From the NCBI GenBank assembly GCA_039931165.1, contig JBDTSL010000005.1:1-58830 (forward strand): a stretch of DNA of 58,830 nucleotides. The letters are read 5' to 3'. Positions 45,636-54,627 of this stretch are shown piece after piece; positions within the stretch are counted from its first letter, which is position 1; the number at the start of each line of letters is the position of its first letter. A model generated the notes under the pieces. It was not told the DNA's origin and searched no databases. It was given only the letters and a program-made list of their open reading frames with translations. Source of the stretch: Candidatus Doudnabacteria bacterium. GTDB taxonomy: Bacteria; Patescibacteriota; Doudnabacteria; UBA920; O2-02-FULL-48-8. The translations under genes were made by a program, and so were the position numbers.

Positions 45636-47411
45636 TTATGCCGGGACCGCTATTCTTTTAACTTCTGTCTGCAGAGAGGCACCAGCCGGTAAAATTGGCA
45701 AAGCGCAATAAAACGTCGACCCTTTCCCCAGTTCGGAAAACACTCCTACGCGCCCAAAGTGCGCTTCGGTTATTCCCTTCGTGATCACAAGCCCCAGACC
45801 TGTGCCTTTTTTTTCGGACAACGCCGACTGCTCAAGCTGGGTGAATTTATTGAACAGTTTGTCGATCTGGTCGCTGGGGATACCCATTCCCGTATCGGTA
45901 ACGGCCAAGACCAGCTGGTCGGTATCGAAGATCTGTTCTTTTATTCCCGGCCAGGACATTCCCAGGGATGCGACTTTATTCACCAGGCTATCCCCTTTTT
46001 TTGCCACGAATCCGGATAAAATAATTTTTCCCTCTTTGGTGAATTTTATTGCATTGGATAAAAAATTATTCAAAACTTGCGCAATCTTATTGTCATCGAT
46101 CTGAACCTGTGGCATCCCGTCGGCCAATTTGCTTTCCAAGGTCAAATGATTTTCGGCCGCCAACGAAGCAAAGGACTGGATGCGCATTTTTACCAGGTCA
46201 GCAATATTGGTTTCGCGGCGCAAGATCTGAAATTTCCCGGCCTCAAGCTTGGCCACGTCCAAAAGATCATTGACCAGATCCAGCATGCTGGCGGAATTGG
46301 ACACGATCAGGTCGATAAATTCAGAGTATTTTTTCTTCTCGTTTTTTATCTTTTCTTCTTTCAGAAGATTGGCGATCGAACGGATTCCGGTTAAAGGACT
46401 TCTCAGTTCGTGGACCATCATCGAAGTGAAATCATCCCGCATTTTTTCAACCGCTTTTTCCCGGGTGATGTCGTGGAATGAAACCACGGCGCCGAGAGCT
46501 TCGTTGTCCGCGTTCTTGACGGCACTGATGAGCACGCGGAGCATTTTGTCGCCCAAAGCCAGCTGTTCGTCGATCAGCTTATCGGTCTTGATACTTTCCT
46601 CGATTTTGGTTCTCAAGTCTATTTTTGACGCAAGGCTGTCCAGGACATCAAAAATAGACGGCTGAGGTTTAGAGATCCCGAGAATGGTCGTGGCAGCTGG
46701 ATTGATGACCAACAGCCGATTTAACTTGTCAACCATGAACACCCCGTCGGACATGGATTCAACCATGGAATAGAGCTTGCCTTTTTCCTGATTTAATATG
46801 GTTTCCAGCTTTGAAACCGCCGAAGAAGCCTGGTTCATGATGGTGTATAGCACGGTCATTTCCTCTTCCTTATACAAGCCGCGTTTTGTGGATGAAACGT
46901 TCAAAAGGCCCATGGCGTTATTATTTATGACCACTGGTACGTTGAAAAAAGACTGTACGCCGAGCCTATTGCTTTCATCCGTGATCGTTCCCGAAACGCT
47001 TTCGTCCACGTCCTCAAGCTTGAACTTCTTGCCGGTTAAAACCGAAAGAGCGGTCGTCATACCGGCCTTGGTATCTTCGATAAATTTTTTATTGACGGTT
47101 TCTTCCACAAAACAATGGAAAATAATACGTCCTTCATCTCCCAGCAACAGATAGGAAACTGTGGAATAATCAACCAATTTGCGCAGAGAGCCGGTGATCA
47201 CATCCACGATCTTTTGCACGTTCAGAGAATAGCCGATACGGTCGCTCAGTTCTTTCAAGATCGAAACCTCATACATCCTTCTTTGCATTTCCTTTTCTTT
47301 CGAATTCAGGGTACTGCGGATCCGGCGGCTATCGATCCAAATAAAAATAAAGACAATCACTATATAGATTGCCAACAACAAAAAAATTTGAGTTGTTTCC
47401 AAATGCAGCAT
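45636..47411 (-). CDS. Sensor histidine kinase (TM, GAF-like, PAS, HisKA, HATPase)
   Basis: VHELRSPL, NFLSNAIKF, DTGMGI, GTGLGL, GSTF. Confidence 0.92.
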   Translation of the reverse strand: MLHLETTQIFLLLAIYIVIVFIFIWIDSRRIRSTLNSKEKEMQRRMYEVSILKELSDRIGYSLNVQKIVDVITGSLRKLVDYSTVSYLLLGDEGRIIFHCFVEETVNKKFIEDTKAGMTTALSVLTGKKFKLEDVDESVSGTITDESNRLGVQSFFNVPVVINNNAMGLLNVSSTKRGLYKEEEMTVLYTIMNQASSAVSKLETILNQEKGKLYSMVESMSDGVFMVDKLNRLLVINPAATTILGISKPQPSIFDVLDSLASKIDLRTKIEESIKTDKLIDEQLALGDKMLRVLISAVKNADNEALGAVVSFHDITREKAVEKMRDDFTSMMVHELRSPLTGIRSIANLLKEEKIKNEKKKYSEFIDLIVSNSASMLDLVNDLLDVAKLEAGKFQILRRETNIADLVKMRIQSFASLAAENHLTLESKLADGMPQVQIDDNKIAQVLNNFLSNAIKFTKEGKIILSGFVAKKGDSLVNKVASLGMSWPGIKEQIFDTDQLVLAVTDTGMGIPSDQIDKLFNKFTQLEQSALSEKKGTGLGLVITKGITEAHFGRVGVFSELGKGSTFYCALPILPAGASLQTEVKRIAVPA

Positions 47412-47432
47412 TGATTTTTATTTTTTGCCGGC

Positions 47433-47738
47433 TTAGGCTCTGGCGGCGGAAGACAGCTTCGAAAACCCTAAGCCCAGAAAAATCAATCCGATGACATTAA
47501 AAATATCTTGGATCAAGGCCAGATTGGTCGTGCTTTGAATGATCGAAAAATTAATCAGCACCCTCTCGATCACGGAGATTGTCACGAATAACACGCCAAA
47601 ACCCAGCAAACGGATAGCGACACCGATGATCCCGCCGTAGACTTTGGTGCTGACCCAAAGATTATAAAACACACCTATGACAATCACGGCGATAAATCCC
47701 TGGATAATCAAGCCCGATTGTGAGTTAAAATCATACAT
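47433..47738 (-). CDS. Small three-TM membrane protein
   Basis: 101 aa with three hydrophobic helices; directly upstream of the kinase. Confidence 0.8.
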   Translation of the reverse strand: MYDFNSQSGLIIQGFIAVIVIGVFYNLWVSTKVYGGIIGVAIRLLGFGVLFVTISVIERVLINFSIIQSTTNLALIQDIFNVIGLIFLGLGFSKLSSAARA

Positions 47739-47755
47739 TGAGGTAATATTAATTG

Positions 47756-48028
47756 CTATTTAGTTGAAATATTTATGTCCGGGTATTTGGCGAATACCGG
47801 GGTCAGAATATTTTTTACGATCTGTCCGGAGAGAGCGATGTATTCATTTATCAGGATCTCCAAGACCTGCTGAGGATCCCCTGTAATGCTCTCGACCTTG
47901 CCGTCATCAGAAACTTTCAGACCGGCGGTGTTCCGGGCTTTCAGCAAAACAATATCCGGACCTAAAATCACGGTCTGTTTGGCAATAATATCGTTGATCA
48001 AGTTTTTATAATCAGCTTCGTTGGCCAT
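47756..48028 (-). CDS. Small cytoplasmic hypothetical protein in the signalling cassette
   Basis: Start at ATG 48028 (MANEADYKNLINDIIAKQTVILGP...), 90 aa. Confidence 0.8.
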   Translation of the reverse strand: MANEADYKNLINDIIAKQTVILGPDIVLLKARNTAGLKVSDDGKVESITGDPQQVLEILINEYIALSGQIVKNILTPVFAKYPDINISTK

Positions 48029-48044
48029 ATAAATTAATTTAAGG

Positions 48045-48470
48045 TTAGACAGCGGGCGGCACCACAGGCGCGCTGAGCACGCCCGATTGCTTGCGCTCAA
48101 GCACTGTTTTGATCTTGTTGACCAGTTCTTCCAGATTGTAATTCGCTTTTACCAAATAATCCATGGCTCCCAACGACAGGGCATCCGAAACCTTGTCGTA
48201 GTCGGAAAGATTGGTCAGGATGACCACTGGAATATCCTGTATCGCGGGATTTGCCTTCATTTGTTTAAGCGCCCCGATGCCGTCCAGCTTAGGCATGACC
48301 AGATCAAGCAGGATCAGGTCGGGTTTTTCTGAAGCGGCCTTTTCCACACCCTCGACCCCGTCTTTGGCGCCTACGACCTCAAATCCTTCCTGGCTTAACT
48401 CCTCGGAAAGCGCTGTAAGCAGTATTTCTTCGTCTTCAACCACCAAAATCTTGGTCTTTTTCTCGTCCAT
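48045..48470 (-). CDS. Single-domain response regulator (CheY-like)
   Basis: ILVVEDE, LILLDLVMPKLDG, LTN, DYLVK; start moved to the ATG at 48470. Confidence 0.93.
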   Translation of the reverse strand: MDEKKTKILVVEDEEILLTALSEELSQEGFEVVGAKDGVEGVEKAASEKPDLILLDLVMPKLDGIGALKQMKANPAIQDIPVVILTNLSDYDKVSDALSLGAMDYLVKANYNLEELVNKIKTVLERKQSGVLSAPVVPPAV

Positions 48471-48587
48471 ATGGCTTTGGTTTCTTGTATAGAATAATTG
48501 CACGTTCATTATATCATAAATAGCAAATAAAAGTAAAATTCCAAAAAGGTTGAAAAATCAGTCCATTTCTGATAAAATTTGCGGTAT

Positions 48588-48661
48588 GCCCCCTTAGTTC
48601 AGTGGTAGAACAACAGTTTTGTAAACTGTAGGCGGTAGTTCGATTCTACCCGGGGGCTCCA
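48588..48661 (+). tRNA. tRNA-Thr (TGT)
   Basis: acagt-TT-TGT-AA-actgt arm; GTTCGATTC; encoded CCA; one acceptor-stem mismatch at 7-66. Confidence 0.88.
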
Positions 48662-48679
48662 GTAAGGTTTCAGTAAGTA

Positions 48680-48790
48680 CAAAATCAAATGCCGCGGAGG
48701 GTTAGGCAAGCATTTGATTTTGAGAGGAGCAACGCAGAAACCGTAGCGGCCTTGAATTGACGAAAGGACGCGAAGGTTTCGCAGTTGCGA
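48680..48790 (+). other. Structured spacer between tRNA-Thr and tRNA-Tyr
   Basis: 13-bp stem caaaatcaaatgc/gcatttgattttg plus an irregular hairpin gcaac..gaaacc..gcg..cctt/aagg..cgc..ggtttc..gttgc. Confidence 0.55.
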
Positions 48791-48795
48791 CGAGA

Positions 48796-48882
48796 GGGCA
48801 GGTAGCGAAGTGGTCAAACGCGGCTGACTGTAAATCAGCTGGCCTTGCGCCTTCATAGGTTCGAATCCTATCCTGCCCACCA
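48796..48882 (+). tRNA. tRNA-Tyr (GTA)
   Basis: gctga-CT-GTA-AA-tcagc arm; long variable arm; GGTTCGAATCC; encoded CCA. Confidence 0.95.
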
Positions 48883-48922
48883 GAAAAAAACTTTTGGCTT
48901 TTTGCCAAAGGTTTTTTTCTTT

Positions 48923-49071
48923 AGGATAGGATTCGAACGGGCAGCAGCGAGACGAGGCATCAGCCGAAGTCGAGCGCCGATGAAAGCGAGCGCTCGCAGC
49001 TTTCAGCGCTGCCCCGTACATGAGCGCATCAGCGCGAATCGAGAATCCTATCCTGCCCACCAGAAAAAAAC
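48923..49071 (+). mobile_element. tRNA-linked structured mini-element (tRNA-Tyr copy)
   Basis: 16-nt inverted copy of the T arm (48923-48938); 104-nt core; 29-bp direct repeat 49043-49071 = 48863-48891; terminator hairpins on both sides. Confidence 0.8.
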
Positions 49072-49114
49072 CTTCATCTTCTGATGAAGGTTTTTTTATT
49101 CCACTTACTATTTT

Positions 49115-49966
49115 CTAAATCTTTAGTTTCATCAACTTCACGCGTGCCGGCTTATTCGTCGGGTCCTTGGCCAGAATCTGTTCAAAAACTTCCTCAGCCC
49201 GGACATTGTTATCCAGTCGGACATACGCGTCGGCCAGGAGTGACAGATAATTGATGTTCAGCTTATCCAACGCAAGGGCTGATGTGATCGCCTTCACTGC
49301 TTTATTAAACTCATCCAGTGCTTCAAAACAAAGCGCCAGGTTGATCCACCTCGTCGCGATCTTGCTGTTTATGTTCAGGGCTCTTTCATAAGAAAGCGCA
49401 GCTTTTTGGTATTCGCCTAGCGAATAATAACTCAGACCGAGATTGCTGAAATAAATATCCCTGCCGGCATCAAGCCTGGTCAGGTATTCGTAAATTTCAG
49501 CGGCATCGGAAAAATTTTTATTCTGAAGATATAGCCGGCCCAAAGCCTCGTAAGACTGCAAGTCAACTGGATTTTTCCGGATTGCCTCCAAATACATGTC
49601 CTCGGGGTTCTGAACGACCGGCTTATTGCCCAGGTCAGCGGCTTCGGGCAGCCACTGAGGCTCGGATGCAGAAGATCTGATCCGGATGCGAAAAACGTTT
49701 TTCGCCTTCTCGACTCCCGTGTAAAGTGTTTTGGTCGCGACTGGCGTCAAATCTTTCGCCTCCAGAATAAACCGCCAAAGCCTGTTTGCCACAAATCCCA
49801 ATTTCTGCCTGAAGTAAGGCCAAAGGGTTTCGTAATAATGCGGATTAACCCCAGCGAGTTTAACCTTGATCGAAGGCCGTTGCTGAACCTGTCCGAGCTT
49901 GACCAAAAACATGCCAGCAAGGACCAAAAATGACAGAATAAAAAGTATTGTCGCGAAAAGAATCAT
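49115..49966 (-). CDS. Membrane-anchored TPR protein
   Basis: N-terminal TM; TPR units (YEALGRLY, FSNLGLSYY, WINLALCF). Confidence 0.88.
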   Translation of the reverse strand: MILFATILFILSFLVLAGMFLVKLGQVQQRPSIKVKLAGVNPHYYETLWPYFRQKLGFVANRLWRFILEAKDLTPVATKTLYTGVEKAKNVFRIRIRSSASEPQWLPEAADLGNKPVVQNPEDMYLEAIRKNPVDLQSYEALGRLYLQNKNFSDAAEIYEYLTRLDAGRDIYFSNLGLSYYSLGEYQKAALSYERALNINSKIATRWINLALCFEALDEFNKAVKAITSALALDKLNINYLSLLADAYVRLDNNVRAEEVFEQILAKDPTNKPARVKLMKLKI

Positions 49967-49977
49967 AAAATAGCCGA

Positions 49978-50565
49978 TTATTCCACACCCAAAACAAACC
50001 GGACGAATCTTCGCACCTGAATGTTCTCGCCGAGCTTATTGACTTTTTCCGCCACCAGATCTTTGATCTTCTTCTCGGGTTCCCGCACATAAGGCTGGTC
50101 TAAGAGCACCGTCTGTTCGTAAAATTTTTCGAGTTTTCCGGATAATATCTGTTCCTTCATCGCATCAGGCTTGTCTTTTATCTGCTCCTGATAAACCTGT
50201 TTTTCGTTATCAATGGCGTTTTCAGGGACATCGGTCCTCGATACATACAAAGGCGACGCGGCAGCGATATGCAGGGCTATTTCGGCAGCAAGTTCCTTGA
50301 ACTCTTCATTGCGGGCCACAAAATCGGTTTCGCAATTGAGCTCAAGTATTACTCCTATCTTTCCACCGGCGTGGATATAGGAAGTGATCAGGCCTTCTTT
50401 CGCGGCGCGGTCGGCTTTTTTTGCCAGTTTGGCATGTCCCTTTTTGCGCAAAAAAACCACGGCATCGTGAAATGTTGCCGATTCTTCCAGAGCTTTTTTT
50501 GCATCCAACATGCCCGCCCCGGTGTCATCCCGTAATTTTTTGATATCCTCTGATGTGATCTTCAT
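49978..50565 (-). CDS. tsf: Elongation factor Ts (short form)
   Basis: LRDDTGAGMLDAKKAL, ELNCETDFVAR, LGENIQVRRFVRF. Confidence 0.97.
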   Translation of the reverse strand: MKITSEDIKKLRDDTGAGMLDAKKALEESATFHDAVVFLRKKGHAKLAKKADRAAKEGLITSYIHAGGKIGVILELNCETDFVARNEEFKELAAEIALHIAAASPLYVSRTDVPENAIDNEKQVYQEQIKDKPDAMKEQILSGKLEKFYEQTVLLDQPYVREPEKKIKDLVAEKVNKLGENIQVRRFVRFVLGVE

Positions 50566-50594
50566 AAATTTTACTTTTACTTTTAACTTTTTAC

Positions 50595-51326
50595 TTACTT
50601 AGCTACCGCTGCTCCTTCGGTCGCGGTCACGATTGCGCTGGCCATATTGGCCCGGCCTTCGCTGACGGCTTCAGCCACTGCCGCCGCCATTAACGAAATA
50701 ACCTTAACCGCATCATCGTTCGACGGGATTATATAATCTATCTTTGTCGGATCGGAATTGGTATCGACCAGGCCGATGATCTTGACTTTTGATTGTCTGG
50801 CTTCTTCGACCGGGATATGGTCATACTTCGTATCAAGCACAAAGATCGCTTCCGGCAATTTTTTCATGTCTTTGATCCCCGAAAAAAATGTTTTCATTTT
50901 TTCCACTTCCCGCGCGATCATCAGCTGTTCTTTCTTGGTATACTTCTTGATGTCGCCGTCCGCGATCATTTTCTCGTACTTCTCCATTTTCTTGATCGTG
51001 CGCTGGATCGTTCGGAAATTCGTGAACGTTCCGCCCAGCCAGCGTGTCACGACATACGGCATATCGCAGGATTCGGCCGCTTTGCGCACTTCATCTTTCG
51101 CTTGCCTCTTCGTGCCCACAAATAAAATAATACCGCCCTTGCTTGCGACTTCTCTGGCAAAGTTCAGAGCCTCGGTAAGCTTGGTCCTGGTTTTTTCCAG
51201 ATTCAAAACATGGATGTTGTTGCGCTGGGTGTAAATATAAGGCGCCATTTTCGGATTCCACAAAGAGGTTTTGTGCCCGAAATGGACCCCAGCCTTCAGC
51301 ATTTCCATCAGACTGATGGTTTTCAT
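50595..51326 (-). CDS. rpsB: 30S ribosomal protein S2
   Basis: MLKAGVHFGH, FVGTKRQA, RWLGGTFTNF, DTNSDP. Confidence 0.98.
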   Translation of the reverse strand: MKTISLMEMLKAGVHFGHKTSLWNPKMAPYIYTQRNNIHVLNLEKTRTKLTEALNFAREVASKGGIILFVGTKRQAKDEVRKAAESCDMPYVVTRWLGGTFTNFRTIQRTIKKMEKYEKMIADGDIKKYTKKEQLMIAREVEKMKTFFSGIKDMKKLPEAIFVLDTKYDHIPVEEARQSKVKIIGLVDTNSDPTKIDYIIPSNDDAVKVISLMAAAVAEAVSEGRANMASAIVTATEGAAVAK

Positions 51327-51451
51327 AAAATATTGTATCCTTTATACTTCTGTTCCCGTCGTCTGCTTTGGGATCTTAAGGATTCATTGTCTTGATTCCT
51401 TAAAACAGGCCCCAAACACATCAGAGAACATGTATGATTAATTACCAAAAG

Positions 51452-51528
51452 ATTCTAACATAATCTTGTGATTCAGGCAAGATTCAAGCAAGCTGCCTCT
51501 TGATTTATCTGTGAATCCATGCTACAAT
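51452..51528. promoter_or_regulatory. Divergent promoters for rpsB and rpmE
   Basis: Minus strand TTGCCT-17-TAGAAT (51452-51480); plus strand TTGATT-17-TACAAT (51500-51528). Confidence 0.65.
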
Positions 51529-51537
51529 TTTTTGGCT

Positions 51538-51786
51538 ATGAAAAAAGATATCCACCCAACTTATTTTACCGATGCCAAGGTCGTCTGCGCCTGCGGCAAT
51601 ACTTTTATCACGGGTTCCACCAAAAAGGAACTCCATGTTGAAATTTGCTCGAATTGCCATCCGTTCTATACCGGCAAACAAAATCTGCTCGATGTGGCAG
51701 GCACTATCGATAAGTTCAAAAAACGCGGAGCGAAATCGGTGGAGCTTAAATCGAAAAAGATCACCAAAAAATTAGCCGCAGCCTAG
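51538..51786 (+). CDS. rpmE: 50S ribosomal protein L31
   Basis: MKKDIHP...CACGN...[14 protein letters not shown]; start moved to the ATG at 51538. Confidence 0.97.
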   Translation: MKKDIHPTYFTDAKVVCACGNTFITGSTKKELHVEICSNCHPFYTGKQNLLDVAGTIDKFKKRGAKSVELKSKKITKKLAAA

Positions 51787-51850
51787 CTACCCAAAAACAC
51801 GCCATAAAGATATAATTATCTTAGGCGTATTTTTGTTTCGAATTAAAACT

Positions 51851-52906
51851 ATGGAACTTCAATATAACCACATAAAAAAAGAATACGACCAGATCCAGGA
51901 TTTACTTTCCAAAACCACTGACCCCAAGAAGTTGGCTACTTTAGGGAAAAAACAATCCGAGCTTTTGCCTATGGTGGAAAAAATCAACCATTTGGGAACG
52001 ACCAAGACCCAGATCGCCGAACACGAAAAAATGATAGCCGATAAATCGGAACTGGCTGACATGGCAGCCGCGGAGTTACCTGCTTTGCAGGCAGAGCGCG
52101 ATAAACTGACAGAGGAACTTCGGGTCGCAATGCTGCCCAGAGATCCATATGACGAAAAAAATATCATCGTCGAGATCAGGGCCGGCGCCGGCGGCGATGA
52201 AGCCGGATTGTTTGCCGCCGAGCTTTTTCGTATGTATTCAAAGTATGCCGAGAAGCTCAAATACAAAGTTGCGGTCCTCAGTTCGAGCAAGACATCAATT
52301 GGCGGATTCAAGGAAATTATTTTCGAGATACTCGGCCGCAAGGCATACTCTAAATTGAAATACGAATCCGGAGTCCATCGCGTGCAGAGAGTTCCGGAAA
52401 CAGAAAAGTCCGGCCGAGTGCATACCTCTACCGCGACCGTGGCCGTCATGCCAGAAATAGAAGAGGCTGATTTTAAGATCGATCCTAAGGATATAAAAAT
52501 GGAAGCGACTACCGCCTCGGGTCATGGCGGGCAGTCGGTCAACACAACTTATTCCGCGGTAAGAATGACCCATCTTCCGACAGGCATCATGGTCGTGATG
52601 CAGGATGAACGCTCTCAGGCCCAGAACCGTGAAAAAGCCATGGATGTCCTGAGAGCCCGGGTTTTGGCCTTGGAAGAAGAACGCAAACGCAAAGAATTAA
52701 GCGACAAGCGGAAATCGCAGATCGGCACCGGCGACAGATCTGAAAAGATCCGGACCTATAACTTTCCTCAGGACCGCATCACCGACCACCGCATTAACCA
52801 AAATTTCAGCCAGATCCAAACGATCATGGACGGCGGCCTCGGCCAGATCACGGACGCTATGATCGCCGAAGATCAGAAGCGCCAGCTTGAAGAAATCGCC
52901 AAATGA
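51851..52906 (+). CDS. prfA: Peptide chain release factor 1
   Basis: [15 protein letters not shown] (PxT), GHGGQSVN (GGQ), [10 protein letters not shown]. Confidence 0.96.
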   Translation: MELQYNHIKKEYDQIQDLLSKTTDPKKLATLGKKQSELLPMVEKINHLGTTKTQIAEHEKMIADKSELADMAAAELPALQAERDKLTEELRVAMLPRDPYDEKNIIVEIRAGAGGDEAGLFAAELFRMYSKYAEKLKYKVAVLSSSKTSIGGFKEIIFEILGRKAYSKLKYESGVHRVQRVPETEKSGRVHTSTATVAVMPEIEEADFKIDPKDIKMEATTASGHGGQSVNTTYSAVRMTHLPTGIMVVMQDERSQAQNREKAMDVLRARVLALEEERKRKELSDKRKSQIGTGDRSEKIRTYNFPQDRITDHRINQNFSQIQTIMDGGLGQITDAMIAEDQKRQLEEIAK

Positions 52907-53805
52907 CCATCCGAGAACTATTGAACAAGGCAGAAAAAAAACTGCCAAAAAGCACTTCCCCGAATTTAGACGCGGAAGTGCTTTTGTCGCATGTGCTTGA
53001 TAAGCCCAAAACATATTTGCTTGCCAATCCAAACGATCAAATTTCGCCGAAAACCGAAAAGCAATTTTCGACCCTGGTTGCCCGCAGGCAATCCGGCTGG
53101 CCAGTTCCATATATCACTAACCAAAAAGAATTTTACGGGCGCAAATTCTTTGTGGACAAAAATGTCCTCATTCCCCGCCCGGAAACTGAAGAGCTGGTCG
53201 AATTGGCAATAAAAACTTTAAAGAATAAAAAGAATCTGAAAATTTTGGATATAGGCACCGGCTCGGGGAATATTATTATCTCGCTCGCAAGAAATCTGGA
53301 ATCTAATACCATTGCGAGGAGCGAAGCGACGAAGCAATCTAATCCAAGATCGCCACGCGGCCTCCGGCCGCTCGCGATGGTAAATCTATATTTCGCATCA
53401 GACACTTCAAAAGCCGCACTTAAAGTCGCTAAAAAAAACGCCAAACTCCACAAAACATCTATTCTGTTCAAACAGTCGGACATTTTAAAAGGTTGGAAAG
53501 ATCAGAGCTTCGACGTAATAATTGCCAATCTGCCATATTTGGAAAAAGAAACCGACTCAAGCACAAAATTTGAGCCTAAAACCGCTTTGATCGCAAAGAA
53601 AAAAGGCTTAGCGCTTTACGAAGACCTCTTTACCCAAGTCTCCACCCTCTCCCCTCAACCTTCTACCCTCTTTCTCGAAATCGGCCATGACCAGGGCAAA
53701 CAAATAAAAAAACTGGCAGCAAGATTGCTCCCAGCTTTTGAAACCAAAATTTATAAGGATTTATCCAAATTTGACCGGTACGCCATGCTCAAATCCCAAA
53801 CTTAG
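52903..53805 (+). CDS. prmC: Release factor glutamine methyltransferase with an in-frame palindrome insertion
   Basis: [24 protein letters not shown]; follows prfA. Confidence 0.95.
   Translation: MTIRELLNKAEKKLPKSTSPNLDAEVLLSHVLDKPKTYLLANPNDQISPKTEKQFSTLVARRQSGWPVPYITNQKEFYGRKFFVDKNVLIPRPETEELVELAIKTLKNKKNLKILDIGTGSGNIIISLARNLESNTIARSEATKQSNPRSPRGLRPLAMVNLYFASDTSKAALKVAKKNAKLHKTSILFKQSDILKGWKDQSFDVIIANLPYLEKETDSSTKFEPKTALIAKKKGLALYEDLFTQVSTLSPQPSTLFLEIGHDQGKQIKKLAARLLPAFETKIYKDLSKFDRYAMLKSQT
53308..53381 (+). repeat. REP-like palindrome, family A (copy 5), coding and in frame
   Basis: accattgcgag-gagcgaagcgacgaagcaatct...agatcgccacg...ctcgcgatggt; encodes [25 protein letters not shown]. 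Confidence 0.9.
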
Positions 53806-53806
53806 G

Positions 53807-54517
53807 CTATTTCTTATCTTCTTTCTTCTCGGCTTTTTCAGGGCCAGCTTTCTTTTCGCCTTCCACAACAGCTCCTTCAGCAGCGGCTTCCGGCTTGATC
53901 ACGCCCTCAACTTTGGTCACGTCTTCCACAACCGCTTCCTGCAATGACTTCATTTCTTCTTCGGTTCTAGGGGGCGCCACGGTGACGATCACCTCGTCTT
54001 TTGGATCCAAGACCGTGACTTTATCGCCGGCACTGAGGTTTGCCACGCGAATCACATCTTCAAAAGTATTCAGAGCGGAAATATCTATTTCAAAATGCTG
54101 CGGGATGTCGCCCGGCAAACATTCGACCTCGATCTCGGAAAGGTTCTTGACCAGAGTTCCGCCCAAGGCTTTCACAGCCGGCGCTTCACCCAAGAAATGG
54201 ATCGGCACACGCACTTTCAATTTTTCCTTCATGTTCACCGCGTAAAAATCCACATGAATGACCTGGTCGTTCAGATAGTGGCGCTGGGCTTCCTGGACCA
54301 GAACCGGGTGGGTTTTCCCCTCAATCAGCAAATTGATCAGCGTGCTCTCGCCTGCCTGTTTGAATGCTTTCTGGAAGTCTTTGTCAGACATCTCGATCTC
54401 CTGGGTCTTTACGTCATGGCCATATAAAACTCCCGGCAGTTTTCCTGCATTCCGTAATCCTTTAACCCGTTTGCCCAAAACTTCACGTTTCGTGGCTTGA
54501 ATTGCGATATCTGACAT
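53807..54517 (-). CDS. rplY: 50S ribosomal protein L25 / Ctc
   Basis: LRNAGKLPGVLYG, HVDFYAV, VPIHFLGE, VECLPGDIP. Confidence 0.95.
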   Translation of the reverse strand: MSDIAIQATKREVLGKRVKGLRNAGKLPGVLYGHDVKTQEIEMSDKDFQKAFKQAGESTLINLLIEGKTHPVLVQEAQRHYLNDQVIHVDFYAVNMKEKLKVRVPIHFLGEAPAVKALGGTLVKNLSEIEVECLPGDIPQHFEIDISALNTFEDVIRVANLSAGDKVTVLDPKDEVIVTVAPPRTEEEMKSLQEAVVEDVTKVEGVIKPEAAAEGAVVEGEKKAGPEKAEKKEDKK

Positions 54518-54627
54518 CTTTAATCTATAATCTTATTTTGCTGACACAGAATAACATTATTTAACCATTGCGTCAACAACAAAAAATGCCAGAATTTGGC
54601 ATTACCTTTTTAAAAAGGTGTCGAAAC

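Noticed and set aside
48588-48661. tRNA-Thr(TGT) as a pseudogene
   Set aside because: There is only one mismatch (U7-C66); the D, anticodon and T arms, the CCA and an upstream promoter-like region are intact
48599-49084. ORFs of 153, 68 and 79 aa
   Set aside because: They are translations of tRNA-Thr, tRNA-Tyr and the tRNA-linked element
51327-51440. rpsB (S2) leader RNA
   Set aside because: A hairpin (ttaagga/tccttaa) is visible, but I cannot match it to a known leader consensus
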